DNA from: Nageia nagi
Taxonomy: Eukaryota > Plantae > Pinophyta
Reading direction: 5' to 3'
Length of the DNA: 64,000 nt
Assembly (NCBI GenBank): GCA_050084985.1
Contig: JBITNC010000001.1
Location: 186,992,001 to 187,056,000 of the forward strand
Shown: piece after piece, positions 1-12,400 of the stretch
Layout of the letters: each line of letters opens with the position of its first letter
Numbering within the stretch: the first letter of the stretch is position 1
The notes under the pieces: model-generated
Told to the model about the DNA's origin: nothing
The model's database searches: none
What the model saw: the letters and a program-made list of their open reading frames with translations, nothing else
Position numbers and translations under genes: made by a program

Positions 1-779
1 AGGTTTTGTCCATCTATGAGCTTCACTATGTAAATTGTGTGAATTAATTAATAATTTTATGATCGCAAGCTTCTTTTTGAGATTAGTAATCTTAGGAAGG
101 TAGGATGGAGGTTATGATTAATGATAATTTTATAGTGGGCTAGTTTTCTTTTATTTTTGATACTGTCATCATTCCAAAAAAAAATTATTTATTTTATTTT
201 CAATTTGAACTTCTAATTTATCAATATTTGAATTTTTTCTACCATAAATAAGATGCCTAATAAAATTGTCAAGCTTGTTTTGATAATATTGATTTAAAAA
301 TTCATAAATCAACATATAAAATAATAAAACAATTAATTCAAATCCTTAAAATTAAATATAATGTTAATAAGATACAATCAATCAATTGTATTTCTTCTTT
401 ATTATTTTTATATTTTCCCATTTACAATTATATAAATTTAAATACAATAAAAATCTTCGACTCTAGAAGATTATTGTGAGTTGTTACTGTATAAAACTTA
501 CTATTGATTTTTTTTTTAAATATTTACCTTTCGATACAAATACTATCTAAAATACATTATAAGGTATTAATGATTTCATTAAATATTTTCTAAATAGAAT
601 ATTAATATATTAATATCAAAAATCTATTTCTATAGAATTATTTATTATAAATTACTAATCATAATGCAAAATTGCTTAATTACTATTATGATAGCAATAA
701 TCATAATAAATAAGAAATTAAGAAAAAGAGCCAAACATTATTAAAAATAGAAAACAACCAAATTTAATGCTTAAATAGT

Positions 780-1270
780 TCAAAGGAGCCTCCAAAAGGA
801 ATGACTCAGACACACAATACATGAACCAATAGAACAAACACCCAATGACATTGTAGCCAACATCAAAATAACATAAAAGTAAGTTCACGTAGCAGAATAG
901 AATTCATAATGATATAGCAATCAATCTCTCAGACATAATAATAGCCCCATTAAACTTTCAAAAAATAAATTGCAAAGGAAAGCATCATTCACATCAATCG
1001 TTTAGTATTCCCAATATACATGATAGCAACTAGGTTCCTTCTTATTGAGCGGATAGTAGCTTCCTTTTTGTCAGGTTGACAACAAATTTTCGACAACGGA
1101 TTCCCTATTACAACCAAGGTTCTAGCTTTTTCATGGTTGCCATGAAGCATCACATCATGTAGGAGGAAGACTTAAGTAATTAATTTCCCAAAAGGAATGG
1201 CATTCTTGCAAGGAGGAGGACGAAGTAGAGGAGGGGATTCATTGCATATCCACAAATTGTGGAAAAATTG
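780..1270 (-). mobile_element. L1-type LINE 3' remnant (RNase H-like domain)
   Basis: Minus-strand, frameshifted RPPPCK...DVMLHGNHEKARTLVVIGN resembles the plant L1 W.PP...DGAS.GNPG.AG.G.VIR motif; a REL...DMLA-like segment follows. Confidence 0.45.
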
Positions 1271-2829
1271 ATATACAATGCCATTTTGTTCCCTTATTTT
1301 ATCATCTCTTTGCTGGAAAATGAATTATTATTGTTGTTACATATTTTGTATGGTACATTGAGCAATTGTTTATATAGTAACTTTCTCTTTCCTTCGAGGG
1401 TAAATATATGCAATTAGTTTATAGATTCCTAAGTTAAAATAATTAACGAAACATCTAAAAATATTGTCCAAATTATAGGATGATCATCTTGGTTGTTCTT
1501 CTCTATGGATTTCATTTTATATTGGCCATAAATTGGGTTTTATTGATTCAACTTTGTAAATAAAAGAAATATTATGTAATTGGTAAAAAAGAAAGTTGTG
1601 GGTTGAGAGTAAATAAGTCTTGAGGTTAACTTGTCTTTTGTATTTCAATTTGGACACCTATAAATGGAATTATGCCATGACATTGGTTACTAGGGAGGTA
1701 ATATGCTTACCAATTTAATGTCTTACGCTATCATATAGTTAAACTTTAGGTTTTTGAAACCTCAACTAAAGTACATGATTATATTAACACCAAAATGATG
1801 TAACCTCCTTCAAATTCTATCTTATTTGAGTATAGTCACTAGATAAAAGGGTTTCAATGGATGTTTGAGTAAACTCATAGGCTTGTGGCCATAGAAAAAA
1901 ATACTCCTTTAGTTTATAGCAATATCCCTTGCATGAATTTTATTTACCATTGTATGGCATAAAAAAAGGGAATGTCTTGGACAAGATTGGAGAACAACTA
2001 AAAAGTATCTACAAATAATGTCTAAAGAAATTAGAGTGTTGCGCAAGGAACAAGATCAACTACAAGATGAAGTTGAGACATTAAGTACAATAATGGCAAA
2101 AGCCAATCCATGGAGCCTAAACATCAAGCAAATGATTGGTGAAATTGAAAAACTCCATAATGTAATTGCAGGCATGTGTTATGACCTCCAACTATATTGG
2201 CAAGAAAGATATTACTATCATCAAGAGATAACTCGCCTCTACGAAATGTTTAATAAGATGACATGTATGTTTGTGGAAAGTAACGATTCTCCTACTTAAT
2301 GACTTATTTTCATTGGGTGGATGTGAGTGAGTGTGGTCAATTGTCCTTGAAAGTATTCTTGTTTTTCTTGGAATATATGTGCATTGTTCAATGTTTTTCT
2401 TTATATGAAAAATAATCATTCAACTACTTAATTGATATATATTTACTTATTAACAAACTTTGATAAGTTCTACAAAGCAATGGGTTTAAAAGAATGTTAA
2501 AACATATCTATCTATAATTACAAATATTTTTATAGGTTTGTGTGATATCTTTGTAAAGTGGACAAAGTAAAAAGAAAATAAGTTTCATCTCCTATGGTGT
2601 AGATGCCTAAAAATGATTTATTAAGTATGTAATAAATCATATTTTAGACTTCTCTAAGAAATAAAAGCGATATTACAAAAGTCAATTTAATGGTGTTATT
2701 ACAAGAAAATATCATGTGCTAGGCCCAATGCTATATTTTTAACCATGATTTATGTTTACAAGTATCTTGAACACTACAAAGATTATATAATTTCTACAAG
2801 TCAACTTTCACTCCTTTCGATATTCTTGC

Positions 2830-3340
2830 AGGTTATAAAAGGAGTTGAAGGTTGACATCCCTATCAGATCTCTCGGATAAGTGGTTATCCCATAACATCA
2901 AGCTTACGGTGTCTCTTGATGCCACCTATTTGAGAATTTGTTATGCTCTAAGCTTTAGTTACTTGATATCTCTTACGCGCATCTTAATTCTATAGGGTTC
3001 AAGGCATTTGTGTCCACGGTGTCTACATCATGATTGTTTGTGATCCAAGGCATCATATCTTGAGAGCAGAAAGTATTGATCTAGGCAATAGAACATCATC
3101 GAGAGCTCGCCTCAAATTCGATTTTATCTGGCTATTAATGCCACACCTTAAGGATTGTATATATCTCCTTCCATTCCCAATACGAAACATACATGCTATG
3201 TAATAGCCTACTACAAGTTATCCGTCCCATAAATCGGTTGGTCTCCAATGGACATTAATATAATTTGCCTTTACCTTTTTGTCACACTATCAATAGGCTT
3301 TATAATTGTTGTGGATAATACTTACATGTTCTTTTATCCC
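2830..3340 (+). pseudogene. Possible kelch-repeat (F-box/kelch) pseudogene remnant
   Basis: TTGCAG acceptor-like site at ~2831; fragments QGICVHGVYIMIV and LRAESIDLGNRT resemble kelch motifs; many stops and frameshifts. Its downstream flank (~3350-3560) is a diverged copy of 20-220. Confidence 0.3.
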
Positions 3341-6288
3341 ACAGTTCACCAATTTCGCTATGCAATTGATGTGAATTAGTTCTTAATTTTGTGATCATAA
3401 GTTTTTTTTTAGACTAATAATCTTATATGGATAGAACGGATGTTCAAGTTTTAGGTTAATGATATTTTTATAATAAGGTAGTTTTCTTGTTTTTGATATT
3501 ATCATCACTCCATAATTTTTTAGTTACTTTGTTTGCAATATATAATTTTAATTTATCACTATTTTAAGGGGTTATTATATGATATGATACAATATCTTTT
3601 ACCATCCTTTTAAACCCAAAAGTTTTAGGACCTATCAAAAATTGTCCAGATTAGAAAAGAAAATAAGTATTTAAATGATTATTTGTAAGACAATAAAATT
3701 ATATAATAAAATCACCAAACTTATGTTTGTGTATACCCCAAAATTTGAGACACTTATCAAAGTCTTTAGACCACCTTTTTTAAGACATTGATGAGTTAAA
3801 CAAGTTCATTGGGAGACTACAAGTAACCTAAGAGAATCTAACTTTATTGGTTTATAATTGTATAAAATATATATAATCTTAAAACTTTACTTTCAATAGG
3901 TAATAAACCAACTTCAATGAAAAGCATAGAGTATGGTATGCTTTTTAATTTTGAAGTTTATAAATGATGAATTGTTTTTAAATTTGCTCAGTTTTATTCC
4001 ATGTTTCTCGAGTAATGTTTCCACCCTAAACTTCATAACCATAGATTATTACTAAAGTTACAAGGCAGGAAAAAAAAAGTTTCTTTTTGTCTCAATTCCA
4101 AAGTCAATACATTTGTTTTGTAGACCATAGAAGGCTTTCCATCCATCAAATACTCTTATTTGAACATAAGTATTCCGCTTTAGTTTTTTATTTTTCTCAA
4201 TACATAAATATTCATATGAGTGAATCACCTATAAAAGTTTATTATTAAATAGAATCTTAAAGTGAGACATCTTTTTAGATTTAATTATCATAATTTTGGT
4301 TGTATCTACATTAATTGTTAAATGATTACAAAATGTTTAAAGAATATTTAATTGTTTTACAAGATCATCACAATGTTGAGCTAAAAAGACTTATCATCTA
4401 CATAAAGTAAGAGAGCAATGTCGAAGTTACAAAAGTTGATACCAATGCATCTAACTTCTTCAAAATATTTTTCTAATAGATCTATACAAATACCAAACAA
4501 AATTTGCGATAACAACCATCATTGTCTGACTCCAATATTGCAACTAATTTTGAGAAAAGAAAACCCTTGATTAGTTGAACTTCGCAACAAATTGCTCATT
4601 ATACCTGTAAACTGCAAATCTTAGTTCATAGCCTTTTAATATTTACTTGTAAACTCGCATTATCCCTACTAATGGTAACCTTTGTTGTGGCAATCTGTTT
4701 GCACTAAGTTTTTCTAGTTTACTCCCAACTTTCCATCTGATGCAATGTTTTTACTATTGGCATCAACATGCAGATATGCTAGTCCAAGGATTTTTTGTCC
4801 AAGTAGTTAATTGAATATATATATAAACTTCTCATTTATTACTTGTCCCGAGGCCAGTGGCTATGTATCTAATTTGTTTTTGTGTAACACTTCATAAACA
4901 AACATTTTAATGTTTTTGGGCTATGGAGAACTTAATGTGTTAATAATATTGTTTTATGCTAAAGATTGTAAACCGCCATGCAAAATTCTTTGTTGCATAT
5001 CAACAGTTGAGCAATCTTTGTTGTGCAGTCACTTCTAAAGCTCAAAATTCTTCGCAAAGTGTCTAACAAATTTGTTTGATGCTTTAGAAAGCTTAATAAA
5101 CATTAAGCTAAAAACATTAGTATAAACTTGAAGTACTATTCTACTTACCGATATTTGCAAGCATCCTGAAAAATGCTAATTTTAGATGCCTATATTAAAC
5201 ACTTGATACTCGATCTATGCTCAGAACACATTATTAAACATGACATGGCAAGCACTGTTGAAGTGCATTTTAAATTAATTTAGGACATTAATTTCCATGG
5301 CATCAACTCTTGTTCAAAAAAACTAAATCTTTCTCATGTTTTGAGGGCTCTAGTCAACTTCCTGAAAAAAGCATCATTAGCCTAAATCTTTCTCAAGACT
5401 CATCTCAACTTCCTAAGAAAACATCATATTTTCGGAACTGGAAACATTCCATGAAAAAAAAAATGTATTTTTACGTGAACCATCAGTGGAATACAAGTAA
5501 TCAAGAAGAAATAATATGATATTCCTAGAAACAGAAACATTTCAACCAAGTATTTCCATTACATAGATCAAAAGCATTTTTTAGAAACAGAACATCCCAA
5601 AAATTATTTCCATTACATGGTCAGGCCAAAACCATCTGAGGTATATGGCATTTTAAATTACCTCGGGATTCTGTGATGACTTGGATACTACTTTTGAGTG
5701 AATGACACTCGAAGCACCTGCAACAATCTCCATACAAAATTCCACCAAGCCACCTCTATATTGAAGTATATTCAACTACAAATTGAAAATGCACACAATG
5801 TCGACCACCAAATGCATCTAGGATTTCCAGTGCTGCCCATCATCAACAGCCAAGTCCAGAAAAGTGGTTGAAGTTCGCACGTTTTATTTGTTTGGTTGCA
5901 TGCCTCTTGCCTAAGTAAAGGGATTTTCATCTGTTTAATGTTGAACACCAATCAGAGCACGCCTCTATGGCAACAGATATGTCCATTGCAACAAATAAAA
6001 ATAGAATTTGCACAGCTTGTTAGATCAATACATCCTATATCTTCTTACGTATAAACCTAGAGAGACAACTTGTGATGTAAAACAAGTCAAAAAATTTATC
6101 AAATACCTTTTCACAAGCCTTACCATTGACCCCAACAGATAAAACAATAATGCATTCATATGTTCCTAAAACATGGTCATTACCCTCGTATTTTTACGAG
6201 GAAATAACTTCAGATGTACAAAAAACTTCTGTTGTTCACTCTGTGCATCAGTGAACTTTCTGAAACTACCTCAATATCAGAAACAAAT

Positions 6289-6470
6289 TTATAAGTTAAA
6301 TTTGGCTTTCTTTTTCTTTAGTTTGGGCTCCCTTTCATCATTCTCTTTGGGCCTCTTTCTGTTCCCTTTGGATGATTTCCTCTTTGATCCAGCAGGTAAT
6401 TCATTTCTTTCTACAGTATCCACATTGATCAACTCACATTGAATTTTGTCTGGGTTTGCTTCAGGAAGAT
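6289..6470 (-). CDS. WDR74: WDR74 last coding exon (DLPEANPDK...[31 protein letters not shown]), basic NLS/NoLS-like tail
   Basis: AATGCAG acceptor, phase 1 matches exon 11, TAA at 6291-6289. A Lys-rich C-terminus is typical of the family, but this exon is poorly conserved so it is less certain. Confidence 0.8.
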
Positions 6471-9400
6471 CTGCATTGAAACAGAACATTAGAATATCCT
6501 CCATGTATAACAAAATATACAGAGCACCAGAGGCAGCATCCAAAATGTGGCATGTCAAAATATATCAATATATTGCATACAAAAATGAATTTAGATTAAA
6601 ATTGATAAAATTATCATATTGGTCCTAAACAATACATTGCTGCATCAACCCAAAATAAGATGAAAGAACTTTCCATTCTGTAGTTTCTTTTTATAAGTCA
6701 AACCTTACAGGTTCTTACTATTGAAACTTTCACTCATTAAACTGCAATGACACAACTTCTTCACATAGTATACTACCCTGTCTCCTAGTACTAACACCAT
6801 TTTTAAATATTTACAACATAGAGCTCCAGAAGATACGATCATCAAACATGTAACAGTAGCTACAAATAGTATTAAATTTTTGTTTTGCAAGTTTGTAATT
6901 GGAAAATTTTGTCAGATTTGGTTTTGGATGGTTGATTCTGATTAAGCCCTAAATTTCCAGCAGTTTGCTATTAGAATGTTTACACACTTTTACTAGGTTT
7001 ATATCTTCTCTACCTACATCAAAAATGATTTTTATTCAGTGAAAATGAATAAATTATATTTTGAACCTTTATACAATAAGAGACCAACCTACCTGGAGTA
7101 ACCTGCACTATGTTTGCTTCTAGATGTGGAAGAAATAAAGACTGATCATTTATTTTGTTGACGAGTTTGGTCAGGATGGATAGAATGACATTTTTGAGCT
7201 ATTAATCATAGTAAGGATGACAATGTTAATTAGGAAGGATAACATCCAATTAGCACGAGTCACATGGTAGAAGATTTAGCACCTAGCACTTGTTTCTTTT
7301 ATGTTACGTTGCCAATGAAGCAGCATCCATCTTAATGTGTAATATATGTTGTGTACCGATGTTATTGATGATTAGTTAAGATATTGTCCAGGTTTAATTA
7401 AAGATTCATATATTATTTTCTTGAAAGCAATATCTTGTATTTAAAACTCTCAAAGCATAAAACAATTTTTAATTTCTACTAGGTTAAGAATCTCATACTA
7501 GGTATCATTGCTTATAGTGTAACCAAATTATACTTGGTTGAATGTTCCAGTAATTATACGCTGTTGATTTTAAATTTTTATCCAATTTCCAACATTTTTT
7601 ACTATTTCTAACCAAAAGGGAACCCTACTTGTCTCTTCTAAGTTCTTGTTGCCAATGCTATTCGTTCTGTAATCAGTATGCACAAGTTCGACTAGCAGAT
7701 CCAATTGGCTGGTAAGAGACCGATCACACTGATCAGCCGACCAATCCTGACTAGTCAACATGGTGGCAACCAACCCGAAAGCCAATCTATATGTTAGTGG
7801 CTGATCTCAAACTAGAGATGTAAGCAATCTATTTTAAGTCATCAAACTTGGTCTTTGGCTATTCTAGTCTTAAGAAATAAAGGTTATTTTGTAGCATTTT
7901 CTATTGAAAAATAAAAAGGATGAATCTATAAGTGTCTGTAAAAACATTGTAGAACTCATTTTGAGTTGAAAGTGAATTTTGTGAGAGAGACTTACTGTAA
8001 GAGAGAAATCAGAGGAAGTACAAGGGTGTTGGTTGTAGGTTTTCTCCCTTTGTGGCTTGGACTGATAATACCAAGGACTGAATATTTCTTCGTGGATGTA
8101 GCCCACATCGGTTGAACCAATTTACATTTTTGTCTTCTCTTGTTTGTGTGATTGTTTTACTTAATTTTTTTCTGCGATTAGATAAGATTGATTTGCTCAA
8201 ACTATATTTTTATATATTAGATCCTAACAACTGGTATCAAAGCATTTGTTTTGTTGGGTACTCAACAGAAAAAAAGGTTTCTAGATCAAATGGGAGTAAT
8301 GGCAAAAGGGTAGTTCAGGGTTGAGAAATTTGATGGCTAAAATTTTCAACTTTGGAAGATGCAAATGGAGAATTATCTATATCAGAAGGATCTTTTTCTT
8401 CCACTAGGTGGAAAGACAGATATTGACGGTTATATCAGACGAAGAGTGGAAATTTCTTGATAGAAAGGCATTGGGAACGATAAGGTTGTGCCTAGGAGCC
8501 AGGTTGCCTTCAATATCTTCTGAGAAAAGACAACCAAAGGCATCAGCTTCGAATAAGGTATTCTTCATGAAGCATTTGTTTAATATGCAAATGGCTAAAG
8601 GTGGGTCTATTATTGATCACTTGAACGAATTTAATATGATTACTAATCAATTGAATTCAATGGATATAGATTTTGGTGATGAAATTAGGGCCTTGTTGAT
8701 CTTGTGCTCATTGCCAAAAAGCTGGAATAGCTTGGTTACAGTCGTGAACAATTTTTCTTCAGCTTCTACCAAGCTAATGTTTGATAATGTTGTAGGTATT
8801 ATCCTTAGCGAGGACATGCGACGAAAAGCAGCGGGTGAAACATCAAGTACGAGAATAGGGGAAGATAAAGGATAACAAGCAAGAATTCAAACCGTGGGAA
8901 ATAAAAGGGTAGACTAAATCCAAGGGAAAAGGTAAATTGGAATGTTGGTATTGTGGGAAGAAAGAGCACTTAAAGAAAGACTGTTAGTCTTGGAAAGGAG
9001 ATGGAAAAGAAAGTAATGAGAAACAAGGTAATAATTAGGAAGCTAATATTGTTGATGAGGTTTTACAAGATGCATTGATTCTATCTTTAGATAAGAATAC
9101 CAATTATTGTATTTGATGGGATTATGATAACCGTAAAATCATCAGAAGTAGGGATGCGATTTTCAATGAAAAGTCTATGTACAAAGATAGGTTGCAGGAA
9201 AAGAATGATGATTCCAAGTGTGTAGTACTTGATGAAATCAATAAGAAGATAATACCAAAGGTTTAAGGAAATCTTCAACATTAAGAACCACAACTTCCAC
9301 CAAGTGATGTTAGAATATCTGCAAGGGTAAGTAGACCACTTGACCATTATCCCCCAGCACTTTATTATGTGTTGTATACTAATGTTGGTGAACCAGAAAG

Positions 9401-12400
9401 TTTTGAAGTAGTTATGCAAATGGAAACCAGAAAGAAGTGGGAGCCTAGCATGGATGAGAAGATGGAGTCCTTAATGCAAAACCAAAAATGGGATTTGGTT
9501 AAGTTACCTACAGGTAAGAAAATTTTGCATAACAAGTGGGTATGCAAGGTGGAGGAAGTAGGAGGCCAAAAACGGTACAAGGCAAGACTTTTGGTGAAAG
9601 GATTTGTACAAAAGAAAGGTATAGATTTTGAAGAAAAATTTTCTCTTGTTGTTAAGATGACTTCCATTAGGACTATATATTGAGTATAGTGGCAGTAGAG
9701 GACTTGCATCTTGAGCAATTAGATGTTAAGACAACTTTTCACCATGGTGATTTGCATGAGGCAATCTAGATGCATCAACCAGAAGGGTATGAAGTCAAGG
9801 GTAAGGAGAATCTTGTTTGTAGGTTGAAGAAGAGCTTGTATGGCCTTAAGCAAGCTCCAACACAATGATACTTTAAATTTGACAAGTTTATGGTGGAATA
9901 AGGGTTTATGAGATGTCATTCAGACCATTGTGTTTATTTTAGGAAAACAGATAATGGAAATTATATTATCTTGTGTGTTTAGTGTAGATGGCATGCTTCT
10001 TGTAGGATCTAACATGCAGGAAATTGATGTACTCAAACATGAAGTTGGCAAGTTCTTTTGCTATAAGGGATTTAGGAGAAGCAAAGCAAATCCTTGGCAT
10101 GAGAATTACAAGAGATAGGGAAAATCGCATGTTAATGTTGTCTCAAGGAAAGTACATTGAGATGGTGTTGAAGAGGTTTATAATTTCCTTGCTACTACAG
10201 AGGCTAGCAAGGAAATTATAAGGTTACAAAGATTGATAAAAGAATTGGGTAAGAAGCAAGAGAATAGTAGATTATAGAGTGATAGCCAAAGTATTATTCA
10301 TATTGCAAAGAACTCAGCTTTTCACTCAAGGACAAAGAATATTCAACTTAGGTATAACTTCATATTGTTAGTATTGGAGGATGCATCATTGAATCTTGGA
10401 AAGATACATCTAGCCAAAATCTTGTACATATGTTGACAAAAGTGGTAACTGGAGAGAAATTGGGATTTTGCTCAATTTCAGTTGGTCTCAAGTGATGAAG
10501 ATCAAGGTGAGAATATTCAGTTCAAGCACTCTCCAAGTGGAAGATTGTTGAAGATAGAGCCTGATTATTTGGTTAAGTATGAAAAACAACTTTCTATTTC
10601 GTAATCGGTATGCGCAAGTCTAACCAGCAAATCCAATCAGCCAACAAGAGATCAATCACGCCAATTGGTCGACCGATCCTAACTCAGTATGATGCCAGCT
10701 GACCCGAAAGCCAGTTGGTCTATTAATGGTCGATCACAAACCAGAGATGCAAGCAATCTATTTTAAGTAATCGAACTTGGTCTTTGGCTATTCTAGTCTT
10801 GAGAACTAGAGGTTGCATGTTGCGGCATTTTCTGTTATTGTAAAATTACTCCAGTAGAAAGTAGATAAATAGAAAAGGATGAATCTGTAAGTGTATGTAA
10901 AAACATTGTAGAATTCATTTTAAGTTGAGTGAATTTTGTGAGAGAGATTGTTGTAAGAGAGAAATATTTGTAAAATCAAAGAGGAAGCTTCAATGATGTT
11001 GGTTGTAGGTTTTCTCCTTTCATGGCTTGGACTGATAATACCAAGGACTGAATATTTCTCCATGGATTTAGTCCACATCAGATGAACCAAGTTACATCTT
11101 TGTGTTCTCTTGTTTGTGTGATTGTTTTACTTAATTTTCTTCTGCAATTGGAATAGATTGATTTTCTCAAACTATATTTTTATATATTAGATCCTAACAT
11201 TCTCATGATCCAAAACATGCTTATTAAGATGAGAAGATGTTGAAACCTCACTGGAGGTCTTGATACAACAAACCTCGGGATTGATCTCTACATCCCAACA
11301 ACATCAACATAGAGAACACAAGGATCTGAAGAGCAACAGCCATGACCAAAATCATTCTTCGCATCACACAGAAAGATCAAAAGTTCCTCAAAAACCTCAT
11401 GCCAACCATCATTAGACAAAGACGAGTCCTCAAAATCACAACCAAAATCAATTCTCAATATGTGTCATCATTAGGCCGATAATTTTGCCTTTTCCCTGTC
11501 CTCTACCTTTACCTATTTGACTGCAACTAAAAATCCATGCATATAATATCTTAATTCGTTATTTATTTATGTATAAGATAGAAAGTTTTAAATGTCTTCA
11601 CCATCGGCATCATTGGTGTCATGGTTTGCAAACTTCACTACATTCTATTTCTAAAATCAACATTTCAGGTCAATCCATTTGACATCTTGTGAAGATGGTA
11701 TGAATAGAATAGCTTGAGGTATATAGACTATGGTTATGGAAGTATAGTGCATAGAGCACGTTTTTGGTTTTTGGTTTGTAAGAGTTTCCTCCATCAAACA
11801 CTACTTGTAAATTGTCTATAATGGGTGAACAAATATCACTAAGCATTGTCTCTTCAACAAGTGTAACTGTTTTCTATCAGTGCAAACTGATTCAATAACC
11901 TCTCAACACATTATGCAGTTTACATAAGCTGTAGCATGATTCAGCTTTAAATTTAGTTCCAGATACATTTTGCTTGTTTGGGATATGGCTTTTACACTCC
12001 CATATGCTGATCTCCTTTTCCATCATCTGCAGACATTAATAAAATTTGTTTCTTCCATATCAAGAGGCACACAAGGACTATCCTTCTACTTAAATGTCAA
12101 AATGACAATATCATAACGGTTCCTATACAATGGTATCAGCATGCGAAGCATAAAGCATAAACGGATGAAGTTGATCAAACCCATCTTCTTTCAATATAAG
12201 AATGACATGAGAATCGGAGATAAGTTGACTGATGGAAAGAAAGAAAATGCGAAAATAACAAGTTTTCTAACATCCGAAGTTCAAAAGCTCAGTTGTTCAA
12301 CATAATACTAAAACCTTGCTCATTATTACTGTGTGCAATGTATCCGTCATTCTCGAATGAACAAACCATACAGTAGGATATAAAACTTCATAGCTTGTTA

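Noticed and set aside
6173-6628. Plus-strand ORFs 6173..6442 and 6446..6628 (also 54653..54868, 31778..31969, 12886..13131)
   Set aside because: Antisense shadows of WDR74 exons.
8232-8243. tRNA gene
   Set aside because: Only a primer-binding site complementary to the tRNA-iMet 3' end (likewise 21322-21333); no cloverleaf.
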